Below are positions 20,683-29,886 of a DNA stretch of 54,850 nt, piece by piece. The DNA is from Gammaproteobacteria bacterium. GTDB taxonomy: Bacteria; Pseudomonadota; Gammaproteobacteria; UBA4575. Both the position numbers and the translations under genes were made by a program. The stretch is from NCBI GenBank assembly GCA_050633765.1, contig JBOEHC010000081.1, positions 639 through 55,488 of the forward strand, written 5' to 3'. How positions within the stretch are numbered: the first letter of the stretch is position 1; each line of letters starts with the position of its first letter. The notes beneath the pieces were generated by a model that saw only the letters and a list, made by a program, of their open reading frames with translations, was not told the origin of the DNA and ran no database searches.

Positions 20683-21243
20683 CTAAACTGCATTTTTATA
20701 CAATGCGTAACGTACTTCACCAGTTATTTTCTCACGCATACAAGTAAGTGATTCTAAGCTCATTAACCCCTCTTGCTGCGAAGGCGATTCAATATACAGC
20801 AAGCCATTATCACTGATTAACTGATGATCTAAAATTATTGAAACAACCTGCTCTAATAAATCACTCGCAAAAGGTGGGTCTAAAAATATTAGATCAAATT
20901 TTTGACTGACTTTTTGTAGATAAGAAAGTGCATTCTGATTTCTAATTTCCATACCTTCTGCGTTGAAAAGATCTCTTTGTTCAACAAGTGTTGCAGCAAT
21001 TCGCGTATCTGCTTCAACTAGTACAGCTTGTTGCGCACCGCGTGACATGGCTTCAAACCCCAATGCGCCACTGCCGGCAAACAAATCCAAACATTTCGCT
21101 CCGCGTACCTCAGCTGCTAGCCAGTTAAACAGTGTCTCACGTACACGATCAGGTGTAGGTCTTATCTTAGCAGAATCGATAAACTGAATGCGGCGGCTAC
21201 GCCAGTCGCCGCCAACAATGCGTAAACTATTGCGTTTAGCCAA
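20683..21243 (-). CDS. rsmD: 16S rRNA (guanine966-N2)-methyltransferase
   Basis: RIVGGDWRSRRI, DLFAGSGALGFEA and LDPPF motifs. Apparent TTG start. Confidence 0.85.
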   Translation of the reverse strand: MAKRNSLRIVGGDWRSRRIQFIDSAKIRPTPDRVRETLFNWLAAEVRGAKCLDLFAGSGALGFEAMSRGAQQAVLVEADTRIAATLVEQRDLFNAEGMEIRNQNALSYLQKVSQKFDLIFLDPPFASDLLEQVVSIILDHQLISDNGLLYIESPSQQEGLMSLESLTCMREKITGEVRYALYKNAV

Positions 21244-21273
21244 TGTTTAGTTTACTTATAATAGCTGCCTGAA

Positions 21274-22614
21274 TCATTCAGAAATAATCTCTGGCCCACC
21301 AACAATAATCTTAACCAAATTGTTTGGCTGCAAATGTTTACTAAAAGCATTGCGAATATCATCTTCTGTAACGGCAGAAATTTTATCTGTAAAGGTTGCT
21401 AAATAATTCAACGGCAGATCATAAAATCCGATTAACGACAAGTAGCCTAAAATGTCTCGGTTACTATCAATACGTAGTGGAAATCCACCGATAATATTAT
21501 TTTTTGCAGACGACAGCTCCTCTGCAGTGGCCCCTTCACTAACAAACCTTTCGATAGTCTGCAAAGAAACCTCAGCAGCTTGCTGCGCTTGATCGCTACG
21601 TGTTTGCAATCCTAACGTAAACGGACCAGGTAAATGTAGCGGGAAAAAATAACTATAGACACTATAAGAAAGACCACGCTCGACGCGCACCTCTTTTACC
21701 AAACGCGAGGTAAATCCACCTCCACCCAAGATATGATTTCCAGTATATAGTGAAAAGTAATCTGGGTTACCTCGTTGTATACCTAGTTGACCCATATATA
21801 CATGTGCTTGTTGTGATGGGTAGGGAATATAGATATCTTCCATATCATCAGATGGTTTAGGAGATGGCAATGGGTCAGGCTTTTCGCCTAGTATCATGAC
21901 TGTTGAAATTCTCTCAGCAATTTTTTTCGCATGCGCCACATCGATACCACCCACAATTGCGATCATGGCGTTGTTAGCAACCAAATACTGCTTATGAAAT
22001 GCCTTAACGTCGTCCAGGGTAATCGCCTCAATAGTTTGCTTATAGCCTAGTGTTGGATTTGCATAGGGATGATCTACATAAATAGCTTTATAGAATGCGC
22101 GATTCGCCATATCGCCAGGCCTTTGTGCCGAGTCTTTAATGGCAATTAAAGCTTGGTTTTTTAGACGTTGAAAATCTTTTTCAGGGAAACTTGGGCGAGT
22201 GAGTATTTCGATGAATGTTTCCATCGCAGGATCTAATAATTCGCTATCAGTTAGACTACGCAACGCAACACTAGAGCGATCCAAGTTTACGCTAGCGCCA
22301 TATTGTGCACCCACATCTTCAAAGCTTTCAGCAATCGCATCCGCATTTAATGCGCCAGTGCCAGAATTAAGTAGGCTATGAGTTAATTGCGACAACCCTG
22401 CAAGTTCTCCATCGCGTCCACTACCTGCATCAAAGGTGATTGCCACATCCAGCATAGCTAATTCAGGTGCTGCAAAAAATAATGTTTTCACACCATGACT
22501 AGTGTTCCACTGTTCAATCTTTGGCGCCGCATTGACTAGACTTGCAGCAAGCAAGGCCACTAAAGATATTGCGCACAGTATTATTCGCATAGGAAATGTT
22601 GTTTTAAATTTCAT
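21274..22614 (-). CDS. M16 family peptidase-like protein, non-catalytic partner (no HxxEH)
   Basis: Signal peptide. M16 fold pattern, but the position of the zinc motif reads LTHSLLNSG. Confidence 0.7.
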   Translation of the reverse strand: MKFKTTFPMRIILCAISLVALLAASLVNAAPKIEQWNTSHGVKTLFFAAPELAMLDVAITFDAGSGRDGELAGLSQLTHSLLNSGTGALNADAIAESFEDVGAQYGASVNLDRSSVALRSLTDSELLDPAMETFIEILTRPSFPEKDFQRLKNQALIAIKDSAQRPGDMANRAFYKAIYVDHPYANPTLGYKQTIEAITLDDVKAFHKQYLVANNAMIAIVGGIDVAHAKKIAERISTVMILGEKPDPLPSPKPSDDMEDIYIPYPSQQAHVYMGQLGIQRGNPDYFSLYTGNHILGGGGFTSRLVKEVRVERGLSYSVYSYFFPLHLPGPFTLGLQTRSDQAQQAAEVSLQTIERFVSEGATAEELSSAKNNIIGGFPLRIDSNRDILGYLSLIGFYDLPLNYLATFTDKISAVTEDDIRNAFSKHLQPNNLVKIIVGGPEIISE

Positions 22615-22635
22615 ATTTTTTGAACTAATGTTAAT

Positions 22636-24027
22636 TTATTTTGAACCTGGAATTTCAAGCGGCTGCAATACTGAAACCGTAAGACCTTCTTCAACCAAAT
22701 ATTTTCTCGCCACCTCGCGCACTTGTTCAGCTGTTATGGCCTTGATGCGTTGATTATATTCGTCCATTAGTTGCCAACCTAAACCCACCGTTTCTAAGCT
22801 ACCTATCACAGTAGCCTGCCTTTGAATCGAGTCTTGTTGATACACTTCGCTAGCAATTACTTGTGCCTTAACTCGCTTTAGCTCTTTTTCACTCACCAAG
22901 TTATCTTGAAGATCTTTAATTTCTGCATATAACGCTTGTTCAGCCTCTTCGATACTATGTTGCTCGGCAGGTGTGGCATCAAATAAAAATAAGGTTGGAT
23001 AACGTGAGAATATGTTGTAGCCAGCACCTGCAGCCGAAACTAATTCTTTTTCGCGCACTAATCGCTTACTAAGCCTAGCGCTACGGCCACCATCTAACAC
23101 TGCGCTTAATACTGATAAGGCATAGGGCTCCCAATCTTCTTCTGCAGTTGCCAAAGATGGTGCTTTATATCCCAACATTATATAAGGCAATTTTGCGATA
23201 GCTTTGACCGCAACACGACGTGTCGCGGTTTGTGGGTGCTCTAGCCTAGGTTTACTTGGCTTTACAGGTCGATTTGGTAAACCACCAAAATATTGCTCAG
23301 CCATTTTGAAAACATCATTAGGATCCACATCGCCTACCACGACTAGCGTGGCATTATTAGGTGTATACCAACGCTGATACCAAACAGCTAAATCATCAAT
23401 CTGCAGATTATTTAAATCATCCATCCAACCAATGATGGGATGATGGTAGGGATTATTGATAAATGCAGCCGAATAAAGTTGCTCATAAACCAATGCATTA
23501 GGATTATCATCGGTACGCAATCGTCGTTCTTCTTTAACAACTTCAAGCTCACTAGTGAAATCTTCTGGCAACAACACTAGATTCAACATGCGATCTGACT
23601 CAAGCTCGAAACTTGTTTCTAAGTTTTCTTTGCCCATTAACTGGTAATACGCAGTGTAATCACGACCAGTAAACGCATTATCACGCGCGCCCATCTCTGC
23701 AACGATAGAAGAGAAAGTGCCTGAAGGATATTTCTCAGTACCTTTGAACATCATATGTTCCAATACATGCGACACACCCGTGATACCACTATGCTCTTGA
23801 GCTGAGCCTACCTGATACCACACCTGTGAAATGACTACCGGAGCACGATGATCTTCTTTGACGATAACCTTCATACCATTATTAAAAGTTTTTTCGTATG
23901 TGCCACTAGCAATTTCTACTATAGCTTGTGTATCCGTAGTGGATGTTTCAGATACTGAGACTTTCTCAGATAAACTAGAACAACTCGCTAAAATAAGGAG
24001 TGGTGGTAATATTTTTATTAAATTCAT
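22636..24027 (-). CDS. M16 family zinc peptidase (catalytic subunit), lipoprotein
   Basis: Lipobox LILASC. Inverted zinc motif HVLEHMMFKGT. 463 aa. Confidence 0.8.
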   Translation of the reverse strand: MNLIKILPPLLILASCSSLSEKVSVSETSTTDTQAIVEIASGTYEKTFNNGMKVIVKEDHRAPVVISQVWYQVGSAQEHSGITGVSHVLEHMMFKGTEKYPSGTFSSIVAEMGARDNAFTGRDYTAYYQLMGKENLETSFELESDRMLNLVLLPEDFTSELEVVKEERRLRTDDNPNALVYEQLYSAAFINNPYHHPIIGWMDDLNNLQIDDLAVWYQRWYTPNNATLVVVGDVDPNDVFKMAEQYFGGLPNRPVKPSKPRLEHPQTATRRVAVKAIAKLPYIMLGYKAPSLATAEEDWEPYALSVLSAVLDGGRSARLSKRLVREKELVSAAGAGYNIFSRYPTLFLFDATPAEQHSIEEAEQALYAEIKDLQDNLVSEKELKRVKAQVIASEVYQQDSIQRQATVIGSLETVGLGWQLMDEYNQRIKAITAEQVREVARKYLVEEGLTVSVLQPLEIPGSK

Positions 24028-24152
24028 TTGTTACGTGTGAATGTACTTGATGTTAGGATTAGCGCCGTTTTAAATACAGCAATGTTTGTTAGACCATACT
24101 ATAAACATTTGTTCAAAATCTATGTCAAAAAAATTTAATGTGAAGTTTGTTT

Positions 24153-25100
24153 ATGTCTGAAGCAGGGGTTTTCCAGCGCCTACGTAATGGCTTATCTAAG
24201 ACGAGTGAAGCGCTAACCGAAGGTTTAGCGACAGCTGTGATGGGTAAAAAACAACTAGATGACGATCTCATTACGGAGATTGAAGATCGCCTGGTGATGG
24301 CTGATGTGGGCATTGAAACAACCAATAAGATCATTAGCGATCTGGTCACACGAGTTAGCCACAAGCAACTCACCGACGTTGAAGTCCTCTACGATGCGCT
24401 GCAAGAAAGCATTGCGGAAATTTTAATCCCTTGCAACAAACCTCTGATAATGGGCAGAATCCGGCCATTTGCAATGTTAGTAGTCGGCGTCAACGGCGCG
24501 GGTAAAACCACTACCATAGGCAAGATTGCACAACGACTAGTCGAGTATCGCCAATCTGTGATGCTCGCCGCCGGCGATACCTTCCGTGCAGCGGCCGTCG
24601 AGCAATTACAAGAATGGGGCAAAAGAATAGATGCTCCGGTTATTGCGCAAAAAAGTGGCGCTGACAGTGCTGCAGTCGTATTTGATGCCTACCAGTCTGC
24701 TAAGTCACGCAATGTGAATGTGTTAATTGCCGATACAGCTGGACGCTTGCACACGCAACAAAATTTAATGGAAGAGTTACAAAAAATTAAACGTGCGATA
24801 CAAAAAATTGACCCTGAAGCACCTCATGAAACTTTGTTAGTGCTTGAAGGTGGTACCGGCCAAAATGCTATTAATCAAGCAACAGAATTTCATCAATCAT
24901 TAGGTGTTACCGGCTTAGCCATAACTAAACTAGATGGCAGTGCTAAAGGTGGTATCGTATTAGCCATTGCTGATAAATTAAAGTTACCGATCCGCTACAT
25001 TGGTGTAGGTGAAGCAGTAGAAGATTTACGCGTATTTAATGCGCACCAGTATGCGGGTGCACTGCTTGGTCGTGAACCTATTACTGCAGAAATAACCTAA
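24153..25100 (+). CDS. ftsY: Signal recognition particle receptor FtsY (NG domain only, no acidic A domain)
   Basis: GVNGAGKTTTIGK (G1), DTAGR (G3), TKLDGSAKGG (G4). The ATG at 24153 is preferred over the TTG at 24147. Confidence 0.9.
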   Translation: MSEAGVFQRLRNGLSKTSEALTEGLATAVMGKKQLDDDLITEIEDRLVMADVGIETTNKIISDLVTRVSHKQLTDVEVLYDALQESIAEILIPCNKPLIMGRIRPFAMLVVGVNGAGKTTTIGKIAQRLVEYRQSVMLAAGDTFRAAAVEQLQEWGKRIDAPVIAQKSGADSAAVVFDAYQSAKSRNVNVLIADTAGRLHTQQNLMEELQKIKRAIQKIDPEAPHETLLVLEGGTGQNAINQATEFHQSLGVTGLAITKLDGSAKGGIVLAIADKLKLPIRYIGVGEAVEDLRVFNAHQYAGALLGREPITAEIT

Positions 25101-25151
25101 GTGTTAAATTAGATCGTTATTTAAAATTACCTAAGCTACAAGTGCGACATA

Positions 25152-25847
25152 ATGATTGAACTGCAAAATGTTACCAAGCGTTATCCCGGTAACCGCGATG
25201 CATTAACGCATTTAAATTTAACTATCGAACAGGGTGAAATGGCATTTCTTACTGGTCCGTCTGGCGCCGGGAAAAGTACATTACTAAAACTCATCGCAGC
25301 CATTGAAAGACCAACTCGTGGCCAAGTTTTCATCAACCGAAAAAACATCACGCGTATCCCGAAACGTAAAATCCCCGCATTGCGCCGACACATGGGCGTG
25401 GTATTTCAAGACCACCACTTACTTCATGATCGCAATGTATTTGATAATGTTTCACTTCCATTACAAATTGCAGGCTTTGCGCAAGTTGACATTAATCGAC
25501 GAGTTCGTGCCGCTTTAGACAAAGTAGATTTACTCGATAAAGAAAAAATGATGCCGATTACACTGTCTGGTGGTGAACAACAACGCGTAGGAATTGCCCG
25601 TGCGGTGGTGCATAAACCAGCTATTTTATTAGCAGATGAACCTACGGGTAATCTTGACCCTGAGCTTTCCGCTGAAATTATGCGTTTATTTAGCGACTTT
25701 AATCAGGTTGGCGTCACGGTGTTAATTGCTAGCCATGACTTAAACCTTATCGAGCGCATGCAAAATAGAATTATTCGCTTGCGCTCAGGCGAATGCATTG
25801 ATTCACAAAGCCCCCAACATTCGCAAAACTTTGAAATCCTAAACTAA
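25152..25847 (+). CDS. ftsE: Cell division ATP-binding protein FtsE
   Basis: [23 protein letters not shown] and [12 protein letters not shown] motifs. Synteny with ftsY and ftsX. Confidence 0.9.
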   Translation: MIELQNVTKRYPGNRDALTHLNLTIEQGEMAFLTGPSGAGKSTLLKLIAAIERPTRGQVFINRKNITRIPKRKIPALRRHMGVVFQDHHLLHDRNVFDNVSLPLQIAGFAQVDINRRVRAALDKVDLLDKEKMMPITLSGGEQQRVGIARAVVHKPAILLADEPTGNLDPELSAEIMRLFSDFNQVGVTVLIASHDLNLIERMQNRIIRLRSGECIDSQSPQHSQNFEILN

Positions 25848-25850
25848 CCC

Positions 25851-26819
25851 ATGGCAAAACCGAGACACCAGCAACCTCTCGCAAGGCCTAGCCTTAAAAC
25901 ACGCTTGCGTGCCTACGCCCGTGATCATGTACGTGTATTGCTGTTTAGTTTAGGTAAACTCTATCGCACTCCATTTGCTAGTACCTTCACGCTGTTAATG
26001 ATTGCTGTCGCACTAGCGTTACCTGCTTGCTTATACGTATTACTTAATAATCTACAGTCTGTTACTCACGAGTGGGATGACGCAGGTCAAATATCATTAT
26101 TCTTACACACAGAAATTTCTGAACAAGCCGTGAAACAATTAAAACAGCAACTCAGCAACCACGATCAAGTGGAAGGCGTTGAGTACATTTCTGCTGATCT
26201 AGCATTAAACGAATTTAAAAGTCGCAGCGAATTTGGTGAATTATTAGAAGGCTTAGACACTAACCCATTACCTCCTACACTAGTAATTACTCCCACCGAT
26301 GATGCCAAACAAGGTGAAATGTTAACTTCACTAAAAACAGAATTTCAATCATTAGCTAACGTTGAACAAGTGCAATTAGACATGCAATGGCTGCAACGCT
26401 TGCAAGCAATTACTGACATTATTCGTCGTGCCATCACTGCTGTCGGTATCATGCTTGGTCTATCGGTTTTATTAGTGGTGGGAAATAGTATTCGTCTGGA
26501 CATTGAAAATCGCCGCGCCGAGATTGAGGTTACTAAACTCATTGGTGCAAGTGATCGTTTCATCCGCCGACCTTTCCTATATGGCGGAATGTGGTTTGGA
26601 TTATTAGGTGGCGTGCTAGCCCTATTGTTAGTGTTTATTGTATTACTGGCTATTCGACAACCCGCGCAAGATTTAATTGGACTTTACAATAGCGACTTTA
26701 CCTTAATGCTACCAAGTTTCACGCAGAGCGTTGCCTTAGTTGGCAGTAGTGTTTTTTTAGGACTATTTGGCTCTTGGCTTGCAGTTGGTCAACGTATTGC
26801 AAAAATACAACCTAGTTAG
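25851..26819 (+). CDS. ftsX: Cell division permease-like protein FtsX
   Basis: 322 aa. One N-terminal TM helix, a periplasmic domain and three C-terminal TM helices. Follows ftsE by 3 nt. Confidence 0.85.
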   Translation: MAKPRHQQPLARPSLKTRLRAYARDHVRVLLFSLGKLYRTPFASTFTLLMIAVALALPACLYVLLNNLQSVTHEWDDAGQISLFLHTEISEQAVKQLKQQLSNHDQVEGVEYISADLALNEFKSRSEFGELLEGLDTNPLPPTLVITPTDDAKQGEMLTSLKTEFQSLANVEQVQLDMQWLQRLQAITDIIRRAITAVGIMLGLSVLLVVGNSIRLDIENRRAEIEVTKLIGASDRFIRRPFLYGGMWFGLLGGVLALLLVFIVLLAIRQPAQDLIGLYNSDFTLMLPSFTQSVALVGSSVFLGLFGSWLAVGQRIAKIQPS

Positions 26820-26825
26820 TTACTT

Positions 26826-27035
26826 TTACAGGCCAACTAGTTGCTCATTAATAGATAGTTGTTTATGCCCACCAAGGCGAGCAAAAGGATGCCGTTTGAG
26901 TAATACACTGTAAACGTTCTTCGCTTCTTCAAGATGGGAATATGTATCACTGATCCTCTCCCAGTGATCATTTTTCATGTTCATCACATAGTAAATTGAC
27001 TGTGACGAGAAAGTTTGTTTGATTTGAGCACTCAT
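26826..27035 (-). CDS. Hypothetical small protein (orphan)
   Basis: 69-aa ORF downstream of the HTH ORF on the same strand. No family recognised, and the SD is poorly spaced. Coding status is uncertain. Confidence 0.3.
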   Translation of the reverse strand: MSAQIKQTFSSQSIYYVMNMKNDHWERISDTYSHLEEAKNVYSVLLKRHPFARLGGHKQLSINEQLVGL

Positions 27036-27082
27036 CCTTGTGCCTATTGAAGTTACCTATTTAAAACGAGTTTGCTAGGACG

Positions 27083-27295
27083 TCACCATTCTTGTTCCAA
27101 ATTAGAAACTGAGAGTCGCCAATTAATTACATCAGCTGTATCAAATACAAGTTCACGTTCGTTATTAGCTACCGCTATACCAACTAAACGCTTACGGATA
27201 TAGGGCAATCCTCTTTGGATCCAATGATCAATGGTAGGTTGATCTACGCCAAAGATATGCGCTAAATCAGATTTACTTACTTGTACGCCAGGCAT
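27083..27295 (-). CDS. Stand-alone winged-HTH DNA-binding protein resembling the N-terminal domain of phage terminase small subunit Nu1
   Basis: 70 aa. SKSDLAHIFGVDQPTIDHWIQRGLPYI ... LVFDTADVINW aligns by eye with remembered lambda Nu1 NKKQLADIFGASIRTIQNWQEQGMPV ... VLYDSAAVIKW. No SD. Confidence 0.45.
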   Translation of the reverse strand: MPGVQVSKSDLAHIFGVDQPTIDHWIQRGLPYIRKRLVGIAVANNERELVFDTADVINWRLSVSNLEQEW

Positions 27296-27800
27296 GTATA
27301 TTTTTTTGAGATAGGTAATCTAATAAATTGTATGGGTATATATATTTAGGCGCATTCGAAATAGACAAAGTCCAAATTTAGACCGATAAAAGGACAGCAA
27401 CTCCATTCTGATATTTTTCTGTGAGTCAGCTGCATATTGGTTACCCAGTCAGAGCTACTCAACGCCTGTATGACGATAAAGATACTGACTGAGAAAATTG
27501 AAACAAGAAGCTACCGGGTGAAGCGCACAGTCGAAGCGACGTAACAACAAATTGCGCAAGTTGGCTTAAATAACAAGCTTATAGATGATAATCACAAGCG
27601 TAATTTGACCGTGACACACAGTAGTTTAAAGCACTTGTAATGACTAGATTAATGCCCATCAAAGAATCAAAAATGAATCGGCGTTGATGTCGTGAGCCTA
27701 TACGATGAGTAAGTAATATTTCCTTACTATTCAAATAGTTATTGGTCCGCAGCAGGCTCACTGTATGCATCAACCGATAGACCATATTGTCTACACGATG

Positions 27801-27827
27801 GAACCAATTGGCTAGTTAGCACTCTAA
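27801..27827 (+). promoter_or_regulatory. Candidate sigma-E (RpoE)-type promoter for rpoH
   Basis: GAACCA (27801-27806), a 16-nt spacer, then TCTAA (27823-27827). E. coli rpoH P3 has the same architecture: GAACTT-N16-TCTGA. It lies about 60 nt upstream of the rpoH ATG. Confidence 0.4.
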
Positions 27828-27889
27828 GATCAAGAGTGCTAAAATTAGTGTAATTTGATTCAGTGAACCAAGAGGGGAAATTAGAATAC

Positions 27890-28756
27890 ATGTCAAAGTC
27901 AATCATGCCATCTCAGAGCCATTTAACCGTATCTACAGCGAATGTGGACAGTTACATTGCGTCTGCCTATCAGATTCCAGTGTTAGATGCCAAGCAAGAG
28001 CATGAGTTAGCTATTCGCTTACATGAAGACAATGACCTTGATGCTGCGCGTACTTTGATTGTTCATCACTTGCGCTTTGTGGTGCAGGTAGCGCGAGGTT
28101 ATAACGGTTATGGTTTACCTATTGCCGACCTTATTCAAGAAGGCAATGTAGGCCTCATGAAAGCGGTGAAAAAATTTGATCCGCACAAAGGTGTGCGTTT
28201 AGTTTCTTTTGCTGTGCACTGGGTACGTGCTGAAATTCATGAGTACGTATTACGTAACTGGCGTATTGTTAAAATCGCCACCACTAAAGCACAACGTAAA
28301 TTATTTTTTAACTTACGTAGTAGCAAAAAAAGACTTGCTTGGTTAAATCAAGCTGAGGTTGAAAATGTTGCTGAACAACTAGGAGTTAAAACTACCGATG
28401 TGCTGGAGATGGAAAAACGCCTCAATAGCCCTGATCTTGGTTTCGACTTACCCGCTCATGCAGATGACGAAGATAATTCAGCAAATTATGCTCCAGCAGC
28501 ATACTTAAACAACGACTCAGCTTCACCTGAAGAACAAGCAGAAGAAAGTGATTGGCGTACGCACCAAAACACACAATTACAAACTGCGCTACAGGAATTA
28601 GATGATCGAAGTCGTAATATTATTGCTAAACGATGGTTAGCAGAGAAAAAAACTACGCTTCAAGCTTTGGCTAAAGAATATGGTGTCTCTGCGGAGCGTG
28701 TACGACAGATTGAAAATAACGCCATTAAAACGCTGAAATCAGCTGTTACAAGCTGA
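27890..28756 (+). CDS. rpoH: RNA polymerase sigma-32 (heat-shock sigma factor)
   Basis: RpoH box [23 protein letters not shown] (region 2) and [12 protein letters not shown] (region 4.2). The ATG at 27890 follows a GAGGGG SD; the track ORF starts at a GTG at 27863. Confidence 0.9.
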   Translation: MSKSIMPSQSHLTVSTANVDSYIASAYQIPVLDAKQEHELAIRLHEDNDLDAARTLIVHHLRFVVQVARGYNGYGLPIADLIQEGNVGLMKAVKKFDPHKGVRLVSFAVHWVRAEIHEYVLRNWRIVKIATTKAQRKLFFNLRSSKKRLAWLNQAEVENVAEQLGVKTTDVLEMEKRLNSPDLGFDLPAHADDEDNSANYAPAAYLNNDSASPEEQAEESDWRTHQNTQLQTALQELDDRSRNIIAKRWLAEKKTTLQALAKEYGVSAERVRQIENNAIKTLKSAVTS

Positions 28757-28764
28757 GCTTAAAT

Positions 28765-29754
28765 TTAGGGTTGCTCGAGACGCGAATAATAAATTAGTGT
28801 AACAACGCTTAGCAGCAATAGCGCTGCTCCGCCGTTATGCATCACAGCTACACTGATGGGTAACTTCATTACAACGTTAGAAACCCCTAATGCTATTTGA
28901 GCCATAAGAAATAGCAGCGTAATGGTTGCTAGCTGACGTAAGTTAGATGATGCAACACTTCGACGAATAATTCGCAATAGCAACACAAACCAAAATACTG
29001 CCACTACAATTGCAAATAGCCGATGGCTAAGATGTATTGCAGTGCGCGCCGGGTTATCTAACACACCAAACTCATAGTTTTGACCCAAGCCTCGCCAAAA
29101 CACAAAGCCTTCTTTAAAATCAGTAGCGGGCCACCACTCTCCTTGGCAAGTAGGAAAATCAGGGCATGCCAATGCCGCATAATTTGCACTAGTCCAACCG
29201 CCTAACAAAATCTGCACAACCAGCAGCAATAAACCCACTACTAAAATTGATGTTAAGGAATTATGTTGAACTGTGATTCCTTGCTGAGGACTTTTCAGCA
29301 CCAACCACCAGAGTAAAGCTAAAATACTCAAGCCTCCAAGCAAATGTAGCATAACAATTACCGGCTTGAGTAATAAAGTGACCGTCCACATGCCCAATAA
29401 ACCTTGGAAGATAACAAAGCCAACCAACATTACTGGCAACCACAATGGTTGGTTTGTGTCATTGCGATTTTTAATGGCTACTACAGCCAAAATCAAAATT
29501 AATAAACCTAAACCTTCTGCCAAATAACGATGAATCATTTCTTTCCAAGCCTTTCCTGCTTCAACGGCTCGTTCTGGAAAAGCTTGATTGGCCTGATCTA
29601 TCTCAGCACTCGACTCAGGCACTCCCAATAAATGTCCATAACAACCGGGCCAGTCTGGACAGCCTAAACCTGCATTTGATAAGCGAGTGTAAGCACGCAT
29701 CACTACAACTGTGAGTGCTAATAAGGTTGCTAATAGAGCAATTTTTCTAAACAT
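28765..29754 (-). CDS. ctaA: Heme A synthase (COX15/CtaA)
   Basis: 329-aa polytopic membrane protein. N-terminal GLGCPDWPGC and a second CPDFPTC cysteine pair. Conserved His residues in TM helices. Lies in the cox cluster. Confidence 0.85.
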   Translation of the reverse strand: MFRKIALLATLLALTVVVMRAYTRLSNAGLGCPDWPGCYGHLLGVPESSAEIDQANQAFPERAVEAGKAWKEMIHRYLAEGLGLLILILAVVAIKNRNDTNQPLWLPVMLVGFVIFQGLLGMWTVTLLLKPVIVMLHLLGGLSILALLWWLVLKSPQQGITVQHNSLTSILVVGLLLLVVQILLGGWTSANYAALACPDFPTCQGEWWPATDFKEGFVFWRGLGQNYEFGVLDNPARTAIHLSHRLFAIVVAVFWFVLLLRIIRRSVASSNLRQLATITLLFLMAQIALGVSNVVMKLPISVAVMHNGGAALLLLSVVTLIYYSRLEQP

Positions 29755-29886
29755 ACATATACCAAAGAAAGTTTTTGATTTATTAACGCAATGCTTGATA
29801 TTAGATTAAAATTACTTAAATAGCCGAGCATACATATTTGTATACGAGTATTTTTAACGACATATCAAAATAAATCAGGGCGTTCT

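Noticed and set aside
27579-27785. 68-aa minus-strand ORF in the rpoH upstream region
   Set aside because: It has no SD and an odd composition, and I recognised no recombinase or other motif when I looked for a decayed integrase. I treat it as non-coding within the unexplained interval.
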